Source: Leptogorgia sarmentosa (taxonomy: Eukaryota). Taken from it: DNA of 64,000 nt. The notes below the pieces were generated by a model, which did no database searches, was not told where the DNA came from, and saw only the letters and a list, made by a program, of their open reading frames with translations. Positions 14,271 to 24,700 of this stretch are shown here, in pieces. Where the stretch lies: positions 3,224,001 to 3,288,000 of the forward strand of contig OZ210884.1 in assembly GCA_964658305.1 (NCBI GenBank), written 5' to 3'. Position 1 is the stretch's first letter; each line of letters opens with the position of its first letter. Made by a program: the position numbers and the translations under genes.

Positions 14271-15202
14271 AAATGAACTTGCTTTCATGATGACATAGGG
14301 GCAACAGCCGATGTATTATCTCCGAAATTGAGGTTTGATTACATACATGGTTTATTTTGAAGCATCAAATAATGCTGGGCAGACCGAATGATGATTTTAC
14401 AATTTCGCTGCAAATAGAAAAGAATCGTAGGGACGAAATTTTCCATATTATCACCGCATTGCGCATGCGTTGTTCTAAGAATGTCAAAAAGCATTCGGGT
14501 TTCTTGAAGCAGTCCTGATTGTTGATGTATCATGTATGAATGTCAATTGTGAAAATTAATTGGTCGAAAGACATTTCAATGAAACGCGATTACAGCTGTG
14601 GAAAATGGTTGTGAATTCTTCGAATAATCGACAACAATTTTAGAGAAATGTATGCGTTGCAGGCAAGAAATATGCCGATTAAGGAGAGGTTCGGAGTTTT
14701 TATCGCTGCACGATCATGAATATTGCAAACTAATACAAAGGCATAGTTTCAAACGCATACGCAGCTACGATTTCCACTACATTGCATTGCATTGCATTAT
14801 ATTGCATGGCCTTGTATTACAATACCAACACTACGGCGGAGCGAATTCACTCACTGTAGTCCTAAAGTGATGTCAAAAACAGACTACTAATAAGCCACTT
14901 ATGTCCCCTATTACCGCTAAGACGATGAGACTGCTTTAAGTATTTTAATACAAGATATACTACGTGCAGGCCAAACGTAGTTTATTAATTTCTCTCATGG
15001 AAAAACAAAGAATCGAAAGGCTTTCACTCTCTCGAGTTAATCAATCATAATCTATAAGCGTATTGATTAACATATTAAACAATGTTCTTTTCTTTTAAAG
15101 GCAAGAAAGACGGTTATAGGACTCTGCTCATAGCAGCCATTGTTTCAATGCTATTGCTTTTATTGCACTGATCGTTGTCGTGATTATGATTATTTGTGTA
15201 AA
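157..15202 (+). CDS. Mucin-like Thr/Ser-rich stalk protein, 5'-partial: ~67 micro-exons of 48 nt (first 157-204, last 14199-14246) plus a membrane-anchor exon 15101-15202
   Basis: Each 48-nt block has a polypyrimidine/TAG acceptor and a GT donor, is phase 1-1, and reads e.g. VLPTTQISTTVTTSKT, VLPTTKISTTATTPVL or DLATAQISTTATTTKQ. I saw no stop or indel in these blocks, while the spacers have many indels. The last block splices in frame into a hydrophobic exon. Confidence 0.85.
15101..15202 (+). CDS. Transmembrane/hydrophobic anchor exon with an apparent 1-nt deletion near 15148-15150
   Basis: Acceptor ttcttttcttttaaag at 15100 and donor gtaagt at 15203. The phase-1 frame reads GKKDGYRTLLIAAIVSMLLLLLH* (TGA 15169-15171). 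The shifted frame continues AIAFIALIVVVIMIICVK to the donor. Confidence 0.75.
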
Positions 15203-15342
15203 GTAAGTAATATTGGGTATCAACAAGAAAACTTTTTCTTTCTGCCTTATTGGGAAACGTCCTTGACGTTATCAAATGAAGCATAAAGACATGTCAACTT
15301 GTCTACTTTTTTCTCAACTACACTTGAATTTCTGTGTTTCAG

Positions 15343-15389
15343 GATTAAAGACAAGAAATAGGAGGAGGAGGAGGTGTATGAAACTCAAG
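15343..15389 (+). pseudogene. Putative cytoplasmic-tail exon with an in-frame stop (KIKDKK*EEEEVYETQ)
   Basis: Acceptor tctgtgtttcag at 15342. Its phase matches the repaired TM exon. Basic stop-transfer residues are followed by TAG (15359-15361) and an acidic tyrosine motif. The donor would be a non-canonical GC. Confidence 0.45.
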
Positions 15390-16116
15390 GCAAAAGTCCA
15401 GTCATGGAATTCTATTATAGAGATGATATAATAAAGGACTTGCTCGGATTTCTTAATGTAGATTCATACTTTAGTTTACTATTGCAATCAATTTAAGAAT
15501 AGTTCACGAAAAGTAATTGATGTGCAACGAATAACCATGCATATATAGTAGGGACACAGTAGGGAGTCATCCACAATTTAACCCTATATCCGTAATCAAT
15601 TGTGGTATTTTGATTAAGCATAAGAAAAAGTTACACGTAAAATTATAGACAACAATCTCCAACATGAAAATAGCCGTTTTCGACTTGTATACATCATATA
15701 TTCCACATATTGATTTACAATAACGTCATATAATACATAAGATAATATCACTGGAATGTCAATGATTGGAGAATGATGCAAATTGGTTTACGCTCATTCC
15801 AAATGACGTTATAATTTGTAATGTAGTCCGCCTGCGCATTTTTACTACAGTTTTCTCAGTGTAACGTTGAATTAAATAGTGACGAGTTGCACTAATTAAA
15901 TTGTTAATGAGGACTTACGGTCGCTTTGTGTTTTCCTACTGTTATTTTTTATTTCTTCTAACTTTCAATAACTTTGATGATTTTTTTTGTCCTTGCACGT
16001 CACACGTGTTTTTTTGTCGTAGAAATTGTCGACGAATGTCTTTACGTTGGAGATTCATGCATCGCTGACACTTTTTCCTCGTAACATTGGTTTATCAAAT
16101 TTTAAATGTAGATTTA

Positions 16117-17115
16117 GGCCCCTATTACACTATACCGGATTACTTTTCGTTCCGGATCAATTTAGACACGGATGAAAAAAATGGCAGCGATTACACTACG
16201 CCGCTCCGCTGTCGAAGACGTCTTCGTATCGTATAATGTTGGATATTTAGGGCATACAAACACGACATTATTTGCAGCACGCTTGCAGCGGTCAATACAA
16301 ACATAAAAATATTTTGTATAAGGCAACCATTTTGGAAGTGAAATTGACAAAATTAATTGTAATGAATTCAAAACCTTCGCACCAAGAAGATGCACCGAAG
16401 CGTACCGGATTAGTGTTTACACTTGGCTTTTCCCGGTACGGCACATACCGGATTACTTTTCGTATCACGAACGAAGCGGAGTGATTTTTGCACCGAAGCT
16501 AGAATCGGGAATATATGGGGGTTTTTTATCGAGTATACTTTATAATTTATAGAGTATAGTCAATAAACAATCTGCGACTTCACGGGAAATGAATAGAAAA
16601 TTAGAAATATATTTTGCATATAGAATATATTTGCAAAGAAAAAGTTGATTATTATACTAGTATAACGCGTGTTAGGCCTACCAATGTAGGTATCTTCGGA
16701 TATCATGTTGGACTTTATTGTAAGGTAGATCGCTATGCTCTAGTTTTATGCTGCGGTTTTATAAGGAAAAGTTTAAATATTTTTAAATCAGTTTTGACCG
16801 TTCAGTAAATTATTTGAACTACAAATGCACAATGTAAATGACTTTGAAGCAGTACGTGGAGAATATTTGTAGTAAAATCACTTAAAAAATCTCTTTCAAA
16901 GTAAACGTGTTGTTGTAGCTTCAGCAGTTGCGAAATTCATGACCACGTGGGTGACGCACATCATTTGCGCATGTGCAGAACTGCGATAATCATGTATTTA
17001 GCAAGTCAGGAATTTCGCGTCACACCGGATTACAGTGGCGTAGTGTAAACAACAGCCCAATCCGGTATAAAAATCGCTCCGCTCCGATGCAATCCGGTAT
17101 AGTGTAATAGGGGCC
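16117..17115. mobile_element. Non-autonomous TIR element (PIF/Harbinger-like MITE)
   Basis: 25-bp TIR GGCCCCTATTACACTATACCGGATT ... AATCCGGTATAGTGTAATAGGGGCC, flanked by TTA on both sides (16114-16116, 17116-17118), with internal TACCGGATTA repeats. Confidence 0.88.
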
Positions 17116-17262
17116 TTAAAGAATGTCAATATATTTAGCTTTGTTGCATTTACGTACTGCCGTTCTTGTTGAAGATATGTAAATTCATATTCTGGAAATA
17201 CATTTAATGTAATGTTATAGAGTTCCAATATATCATTTTACCGCTGTTTCTGCTCAATTCAG

Positions 17263-17478
17263 TTGATTGCCAAGGATATAACTTATATGACAACGGAACA
17301 CGTTGAAAAACAAAGAGCACTTGAACTACTCAAACGTTTTGATAAGAGCTACTTGAAACACTTCAATCACTCAAAAACAACCACTTTAACCCCTCAATGG
17401 CATGACAACAACCACTTGAACCACTCGATCGAAGACAAATCACTCGACAAAGCTGATAGCAACAACTCGATATTATAA
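17263..17478 (+). other. Possible terminal exon of the + strand gene (LIAKDITY...ADSNNSIL*)
   Basis: Preceded by the acceptor-like tttctgctcaattcag and open for 71 codons. The copies in units 2-4 differ by a 2-nt indel (LIAKDITYENGTR*). No independent support. Confidence 0.3.
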
Positions 17479-17585
17479 CTTCAGCCGAGGAAATTCGATA
17501 CTTCGCCAAATCTTTCAAGTACTGTAAACACAGTAACACATCGAAACTTTTATAGAATTGAAAAGATATCTTTTTGCTGAACTTA

Positions 17586-17727
17586 GGCCTGTTTCATACG
17601 TCGAACTTTAGTCGCGTCGAATGCAATTAAAACAATAGATAATGAGATAACTTGCCTCATTATCAGCTCATTATCCTTTGTCTGAATTGCATTCGACGCG
17701 ACTAAAGTTCGACGTTTGAAACAGGCC
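17586..17727. mobile_element. Palindromic MITE (PIF/Harbinger-like), present only in unit 1
   Basis: TIR GGCCTGTTTCA.ACGTCGAACTTTAGTCGCGTCGAATGCAATT with a TTA duplication. Empty site (aatttaggaacaataag) at ~26108, ~38648 and ~47170. Confidence 0.9.
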
Positions 17728-19696
17728 TTAGGAGCAATAAGATTTGCCCATTTATTAATACGTGAGCTAGCGTATAGTTTTGTATATTTTTATACTAATC
17801 ACTTTCTGTATTGGAAAGATGAGAAACGCAGAATTTTCCGTCGATTATAGCGACCGCTGTATATATCCATCTATAACATTAATATGCGTGTTCATTGCAT
17901 TTTCAAAATGAATTATTTACACATCGAACAGACTTCTTTAATTAATAACCCTCAAGAGTAGAATTGCGTCGCAAATTGGAGCAAAAATTGGAGTAGGTAA
18001 CAGGGATAGATGGCCCTATTTTTTGCAAGTAGTTATTTATTTCGACTAATGGGTGATTGTAAACAGCGCTAGAAAATGCGGACATGGGAACGAATGTATA
18101 CGTTCTCGCCCCAGTGTCCTGGTTCACTCGGATATTAATATTTTACAAGAAATATATTTTGGTGCTCACCACTGATCTATACTATTACTGCATCGCACAT
18201 CGTATTGTGTTCAGTGACTCAATTTAATGAGATTCGGTTTATAAACGTGTCAAATTTCGAACTAAGCTAAAGCGATTGCTTTTCAAGTTAAGTTGGCTAT
18301 AATCAACACATTTTCCGATGTAACTTGTGAAATAAAGCTCCAAACATTTCGTAACGTATAGAAACTTTTTAGATATCTCACAACACCAGAATAAATTTGA
18401 GTGTGGCCATATGCATCCAATATGGCCACCAGCGGCTTCATTTATTTATAGCAGATGCACTATATAAAATTATCATGGTCATCCATTTACGACATAAAAT
18501 ATCTTTTAGCAGATATAAAAAACTAAAAATGTACGTCTGAAGGAAGAGCTATGTATAGTCATATGTATATTTGGGAAAAATGTACGACATCAATTTTAAA
18601 AGCCTTTTATTTATATTATCATGTAATATCTTTTAAATGATAGCTACATGTATATCGATGCTTAATTGAGCTTACATTACAATGATCATAGGGCAAGTTA
18701 AACGTTCATTAATTATTACATTTAATTTAATTCGACATTATATATTTGATATAAAGTATACAAATATATTATATAATGGTTCTTACCAGGAAACGGTTGT
18801 ACTAATGCTGCCTCTTTTTACCGTGGGTAAAAGGCCTGGAACTAGCTACCGAATAGAAAATGCATTTGATGTTTTAAATCAGTTATATATTTTGTGTTTC
18901 TTCTTGAAACTTTTTAATGATGCTAGGTGAAAAGTCTAGCATAAATTTGAATACAAAGTGAATTATATTTCACGAGATATTAAATTGATTGTGTAGAATG
19001 CGAGAGAGGCTCCGAATAATTGACAAAATAAAAATGTTCAAACACGCGCATATTGTAAGTTCCAAATTTTTTTTTGTGATAAAAGCCCAGGACCGTTTAA
19101 AATCCATTTGCTGGTCTAAGTCACTTACATCTATAACATTTGATGTATAAACTTTGTAATCATGCTGAGTAGTGAAGAATGCAAGTCATTTACAAATTTG
19201 AAAACAATATAAATTACATTTAACAAGATATTACTTTTGTTGGGTAAAAAAATGGTGTTCTATTGTAGGTGTTTGTGTCTTAGATAAAAACTAATCGTGG
19301 CGAAATCCTCTGGATCTGAATGTTGAAACTCACGGCGTATGTAAGGTGAACCTTATTTTGTTTCGTTTAAAAGCCTTGTTAATAGCATTCGATTAAAAGT
19401 CATTATCCGTTTAATATCTCGCAAATATTTCGTAATCAATTGTGGGTAAGGACAACTGTAGTTGGTCGCAAATTTCATGAGATATTAGATTGATCGTAGT
19501 GAAAAGTGCTGTTCTATTGGATAACCAATCCCAGTTCTTTTCCGTGCCATCATATCACCTGGTCATTATATATAATATCATATAATTTATACTGTATTTA
19601 TATGTGGTATGAATATTCTTATATTTATGAACTTGCATTTATATTTTTTATAGTAAGTCTTAGTGTTAAGGCATATGGTTTTTGGCTATTGGTATA

Positions 19697-21646
19697 TCAA
19701 TTCTTCGGAACACAAAATACAACTTCTTTTTGCTTCTTGTATAGCTGGTTTCCATCTTTAGACAACTCAGCAATTGGAACAGTATCATTCCTGAGCACAA
19801 AACCAGTCGGACAAACAGTAAGTTTTTTGGTTTTAGAATTCTGCTGTGCGTGCACTATTCCTTTAGCACATCCGACAACGGCCGTCTCCTCCTTTATTAC
19901 CGCATATTTGACTTTAATTTTAACTTCATGGCATCCTCGGCTTTTGTTACATTTCACTCCGTAGGGAAACTTCGCGGGGAAAATTTTGTCTGATAGCCTA
20001 CCATACATATTGCATGTACCAGCGCTCCCATTTTGAATTGAACGAATCTGTCGTCCAGCTGATGGGGAACTTCCCATTATGCTAATCATAATTAGTAAGA
20101 TCAACGCCTGTATAAAGGAACAAAAGAATTAGGCATATATTTGACAAAAACATTATTATAAACAACTAAAAATAATAATTAAATAATAATTTAAATTATT
20201 CTAATACGCATCGAGCCTGAAAAACGGCAAAATTCCGTCGTTTTTTCTTCGGGTTAATAATGTTAACTTATTGACTGAGAGTGAGGGCTGTACGGGAAAA
20301 TATCAAACTGAAATCTTGTTCAACTTATTATACTGTACTTCATTAATCTGTAAAAAACAGTTTGCTATCCTTCATTTTAAACGTCGTCGCTTATTTTAAC
20401 ACTTTTCTACTTTAACAAATAAAATTTTATCGAATTTTAAAGTTTTTGTGATAGTTTTCCAGGCAGGGCAATAAAAATTGCGCAGTGCCCGTGGGCTATA
20501 CGCGAAAATCCTGCCCGTCAGCACTCAATCAAATTGCGCCATTCGCCAAAACAAATGCTTGCCATATAATAATAACCGTTCTTGTTTGAGTACTTGTAAT
20601 TACATTGTCGTGGAACTAATTGTCTGCATTACATGGCTTTATACCGAAATATCACTCGTACTCTCGTAAGCGTTTCGTTGACCGAGTAACTCGCTTATCC
20701 TGCATGGTAACTCGCTTTGAATAGAAAGTTAGAGGTTTCCCCGTGAATTGTTTACATGAGCCATACGGGTAACTCGCTCCAGCAAGTTTTCGATGGGAAC
20801 AGATAGAATCTCGCTCAGGCCAGATAAATGCTTTGTCGTGTAAACGCTTTGCCCGGGAAACTCGTCCAGCCGGGAATAATTTTTGCCAACAGCGCATGGG
20901 TATATTATACAAATAATGAATGTTTAAGTGTGCAATGGTAAGAATATTTTCATGAGGTGAAAGATGGAATGTTCTATTGAACAAGGCGAAGCCGAGTTGA
21001 ATGGAACATTCCATCTTTCACCGAATGGGGAAATGGAACTTTCTATTCAATATCACGTCTTCGTCTATTTCCTCGTTTAAAGCAAGACTGGAATCACTAT
21101 TCAGTCCTTCAAGATTTACCGACTCCCACACGGCAATCAGATAGAACAGAACGTATTATTTAAATTGCGTAATCTTAAATTTCACTACGTAACTTAAAAT
21201 TTTCTTAATATTTATTGTGTATATTATTTCTGATTTTTGTTGCTACTTGTGTACAGATGGTCGTCCGTGTTTAAATAAAGTTTATGTATCTATGTATGTG
21301 TACGTGACCGTAATTAACCAATCAATCGACCTGAACGTAATAATACATACTACTATACAACAGGCACGAGGGACCCCATCTAACTTCTCGCTGTATTGAA
21401 CAATATGCCAAGTAAGTCGGGTCCATATAAACAGACAGCTTGTTTGTCACGGCGAAGCAAGTACTAACTCGTTCAATCTGGCGCCATATAGACAGGCTCT
21501 TAGTGACTTAAAATAATTAATTCGCCGCTCGAGAACGTACGGGCTTGACACTGTCACAAAATTAAACGTCATGATATTTACAATGAAGAAACAACACTTA
21601 CATGCGTCATTGAGGGCAAGTTGGATGTAGTCTTGGAATATATCAT
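19697..21646 (-). CDS. Small secreted 6-Cys protein, copy 1 (exon 1 21646-21602, exon 2 20107-19697; 151 aa), tentatively cystine-knot/IL-17-like
   Basis: Exon 1 is ATG...MIYSKTTSNLPSMTH with a phase-0 gtaagt donor. The acceptor ttcttttgttcctttatacag precedes ALILLIMISIMGSSPSAG (signal-peptide-like), an RQIR convertase-type site, then TC..FP..KC....GC..VVGC..VCP..FCV. TATA box upstream; ORF intact in all four copies. Confidence 0.85.
20255..20573. mobile_element. Degenerate Crypton-type non-autonomous remnant in the intron (present in all units); ends in GCCATATAATAA
   Basis: ttattgactgagagtgagggctgtacgggaaaatat ... caatcaaattgcgccattc ... ccatataataa resembles anthozoan Crypton-derived repeats (recognition from memory, not searched). 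Confidence 0.45.
20902..21345. mobile_element. Older non-autonomous derivative of the Crypton at 28932-32576 (copies at ~33397-33830, ~41867-42310, ~50340-50780)
   Basis: Shares the left end (tacaaataatgaatgttt...GGCGAAGCC palindrome) and the right end (gaaatggaactttctattcaatatcacgtgacc...aaccaatcaa..gacctgaa) with the autonomous element. Confidence 0.85.
21059..21301 (+). mobile_element. 5'-truncated LINE 3' end inserted in the old Crypton derivative (all four units)
   Basis: Interrupts atatcacgt|gacc with an ACGT duplication. It begins with an ORF2-C-terminus-like SISSFKARLESLF and ends in AATAAA plus a (TATG)n-like tail. Confidence 0.6.
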
Positions 21647-21740
21647 TTTCGTTTATTTCTCTTGGTATGATGAAGAACGATGAAGAACGATCACTTTAAG
21701 TTTTAACTTTAACTTTCACCCGTTTCTGTTATTCTGGTGG

Positions 21741-21768
21741 TCTGAGGGGATTGCATCGCTTATTTATA
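21741..21768 (-). promoter_or_regulatory. Candidate TATA box (TATAAATA, 21768-21761) and initiator-like TCAGA for copy 1; equivalents at 34254-34261, 42731-42740 and 51205-51212
   Basis: The minus strand reads gggTATAAATAagcgatgcaatcccctcagacc about 120 nt upstream of the ATG and is conserved in all four units. Confidence 0.55.
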
Positions 21769-24700
21769 CCCGTCCAAAAGTTCTATTTGAATGCATTACC
21801 TAAATCTCTTTGCGTGCTACAAGATACCTCACTGAAACGCCCACGAACTGCGTGCCCGTATTAAATGGGATCAGATATTTCGTTACAGAACTTGAACTGG
21901 AAAGCGAAATACGACATGTATACTTGCCAAATTATTGTTAAATTGAAACTTTCTGACGCAATTAGGCTAGAGAAATTGGACTGTATTTTCCCTATGCTTA
22001 TTTTCTCGGCCATGTCAAGTTAATGTTTCCGCTTTGATTTAAAGTGTCTATGAACTCAAAAATTCATATTCAATTTTTTGGGTTTATATGATAGCTGTGG
22101 TAATGAAACATACGTGAAAAGTTGTTTGACGAAAATCTGTTAAATAGTTCCCGAGAAATGTAAGCTCAAAATTTGAATATTTTGGTCATTTTTTTTTGTG
22201 AGAACTGGCAACGAGTTTAGTGTGGTCATGTCGTAGGCAAATGGACACGAACGCGCATGAACCTATACAATCAATAACAAAACTTAGTCTGCAAGTTTAT
22301 CTGCACAAGCCAGCTTCGGCGAAAACGAAATTTATGAACTGTTTTTCGTGTTCCAAACATATCCTAACGATCCGCTTGCTTATAGCGGCGATGAAGTAGT
22401 GAAGGAAAATGAAACGGACGACGAGGCTGCTATTTCATCTCAAACACTTGCGCAACCAATATGAGTATAGGAATTCAATTCAAAACATTGCCAGAAATCG
22501 TCACCACGCGAATTAATTATACTCGCCCCACGCTACTTCAGTGCGCGCGATAGATAACAAAAATATTAGGAAAACATATACAAGCCAATATTTATTCTTA
22601 AAATACAGATTTTAGTACATTAGGGGTTTAGATCACATATCGTAGCCACTACACCAGTAATTTTGACATTTTTTCTTATCTTGTCATGTTGGTAACTTTG
22701 GAAAGAAAGCTGCCGAGCAATCTTTGATATAAATGTACGTCGTGTTGGCAGAATGTCTGTTAGGCTACTCGTTTTGCACAAATTGTGAAAAAATTGAATC
22801 TGTACGGGTAGTATTTCTATGATGGTTAATTAATAATATTATGTAGTTATTAGGCAATGACAATCGTGATTAGCCGATTTGCGGCCACATGTACCCAATT
22901 AAATGTAACGTTCCCATGCGGAATAAGTGAAAAGCTGTTGTCTTCTCCTAAATCAAAATATTTAGCTATAAACATGCAAGTTGAAAACGTTTTTTTAGTT
23001 TTTTCGAATCTAGAGAATCTATAAATGACAAAAATATGCCGCAGGCAAATCCATTGTTGACACGCTTTTCAATTCTAAATCGCTTACTTTGTATTGTCTT
23101 CGTCACAAAAATGCGAAGTTTATTTTTATGAATATTTTCTCGGATTTCATATCGTTGCTATACCAACTAGACTTCGTCCGACGAAATATTGAGTCACTCG
23201 GGAACTCACTACGTACTCGCCTGCAGGCATTCATTAAATGCATAATATTGGCTTAATGTCGCATCGCTTTTGTTATTGTATTCGTTCCAGCCTCACAAAT
23301 TATTCCTTCTACTTCCAAGAACTTGTCACTCTCAACGGGTAATTTATCAGAGTGTTTTATAAATGACGACAATATATGAAATTTTGTATTATAAGCGTGA
23401 ATAATAAGTATTCAAAAATAGGAATTTTTCGCATAATTTTTATTAACTTATAAAAGATTGATATGATTGTGTCTAAATTTCTGAAATTACTAAAAAGTGA
23501 AAAAATGCGAGAAAACTAGCTAAAGCGAACAGGAATCGGAAATGCAAGCACGCAAACTTTGTCGGTATTGTAGCACTTCTAGTGTTTCATATATTTATTG
23601 ATTGTAATATTTAGTGTTACAGTAAAATGCATAAATAAACATGGGACACTTATATTTTAGGTGAGACGTTTATATAAACAAGAAAGTTAATGCCTCAGAA
23701 TTATGTTGCATAGAATATCAGCACCCCGCGAAGATTTCTTTCACCAGATTATTTGTGATGCATTGATGAATTTGGTTCCAGCACTGTTTCCAGTTCCCTG
23801 TTCCTGTCACACTATATTGTTGAATCTCTGAAACGTTGAATCTTTGTATCGCTGTATCGTTTTTGTGGTTGCCGTAAGTTCTGCCTTTATTTGGACGTCC
23901 CACTTTTGTTTACATCATATAGCCTGAAGATAAATTTTGCTGGCGAAAAAGCAACTGTTTATAGAATATAAAAAAAATAGGAATTGCAAACTTTCAAACG
24001 TTCCTAGTGAGGTTCATTTCATTTTTCTGCCTCAACGTGGGAGAATGGCGTATACGACCGGCCATTTCATTCAGGATCGCGCAATATTAAATTAACTCAA
24101 AGAAAGAAGGACAAAACGCCATAGCAACTAGGTAGTACAACTGTGAAGTCGTGGAAATGATCACTATTTGTTTTAGTTCAAAAACAAGACGGCGAAGTCC
24201 TAATGACAACTGTGCATGAGCAAATTATCATTCGTAGGTGAGCGACAGTTTTGCATGAACGATAAGCGCATGCTTGGTAAACTGCTTCCACCAATTAGTT
24301 GCAGTTAAAGTGGTTTTTAGGCAGCCATTTTCAGTCAAATTGCCTAATCACATTTTCGAATTTAATTCTTTGACATCAAATACATTAATAAGTAAATTGC
24401 GATATCACGAATAATTTGAATTGCATCCAATTGGACGAAACTTTCAAGTCTGAAAGGGGCATTTGTAAAGCAATATCAGAGCAAACACACTATCAGTTAA
24501 ATTTTGCTTTAAATGTACTTTCAAAAACTTCACTATTGCTGAAACTGACAAGTGACAATTATTATGAATATTGTGTCAAAAAAATTATCTGCAAATATTT
24601 ACGTATAAGTACATGGACACCATTTAAAGACCTGAATAACCATTCAGGAAGCACAAAATGTCTATCCTTTCGACGTCATAGGACGATGTATTTCAATGCT

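Noticed and set aside
18682..18930. 82-aa ORF recurring in each unit
   Set aside because: Recurrence is explained by the duplication; it has AT-rich composition, no motif, and is frameshifted in unit 3.
19506..19964. Hydrophobic 152-aa + strand ORF (and copies at 27982, 40476, 49050)
   Set aside because: It is the antisense shadow of exon 2 of the secreted protein, and its 5' part is broken by a stop in two copies.
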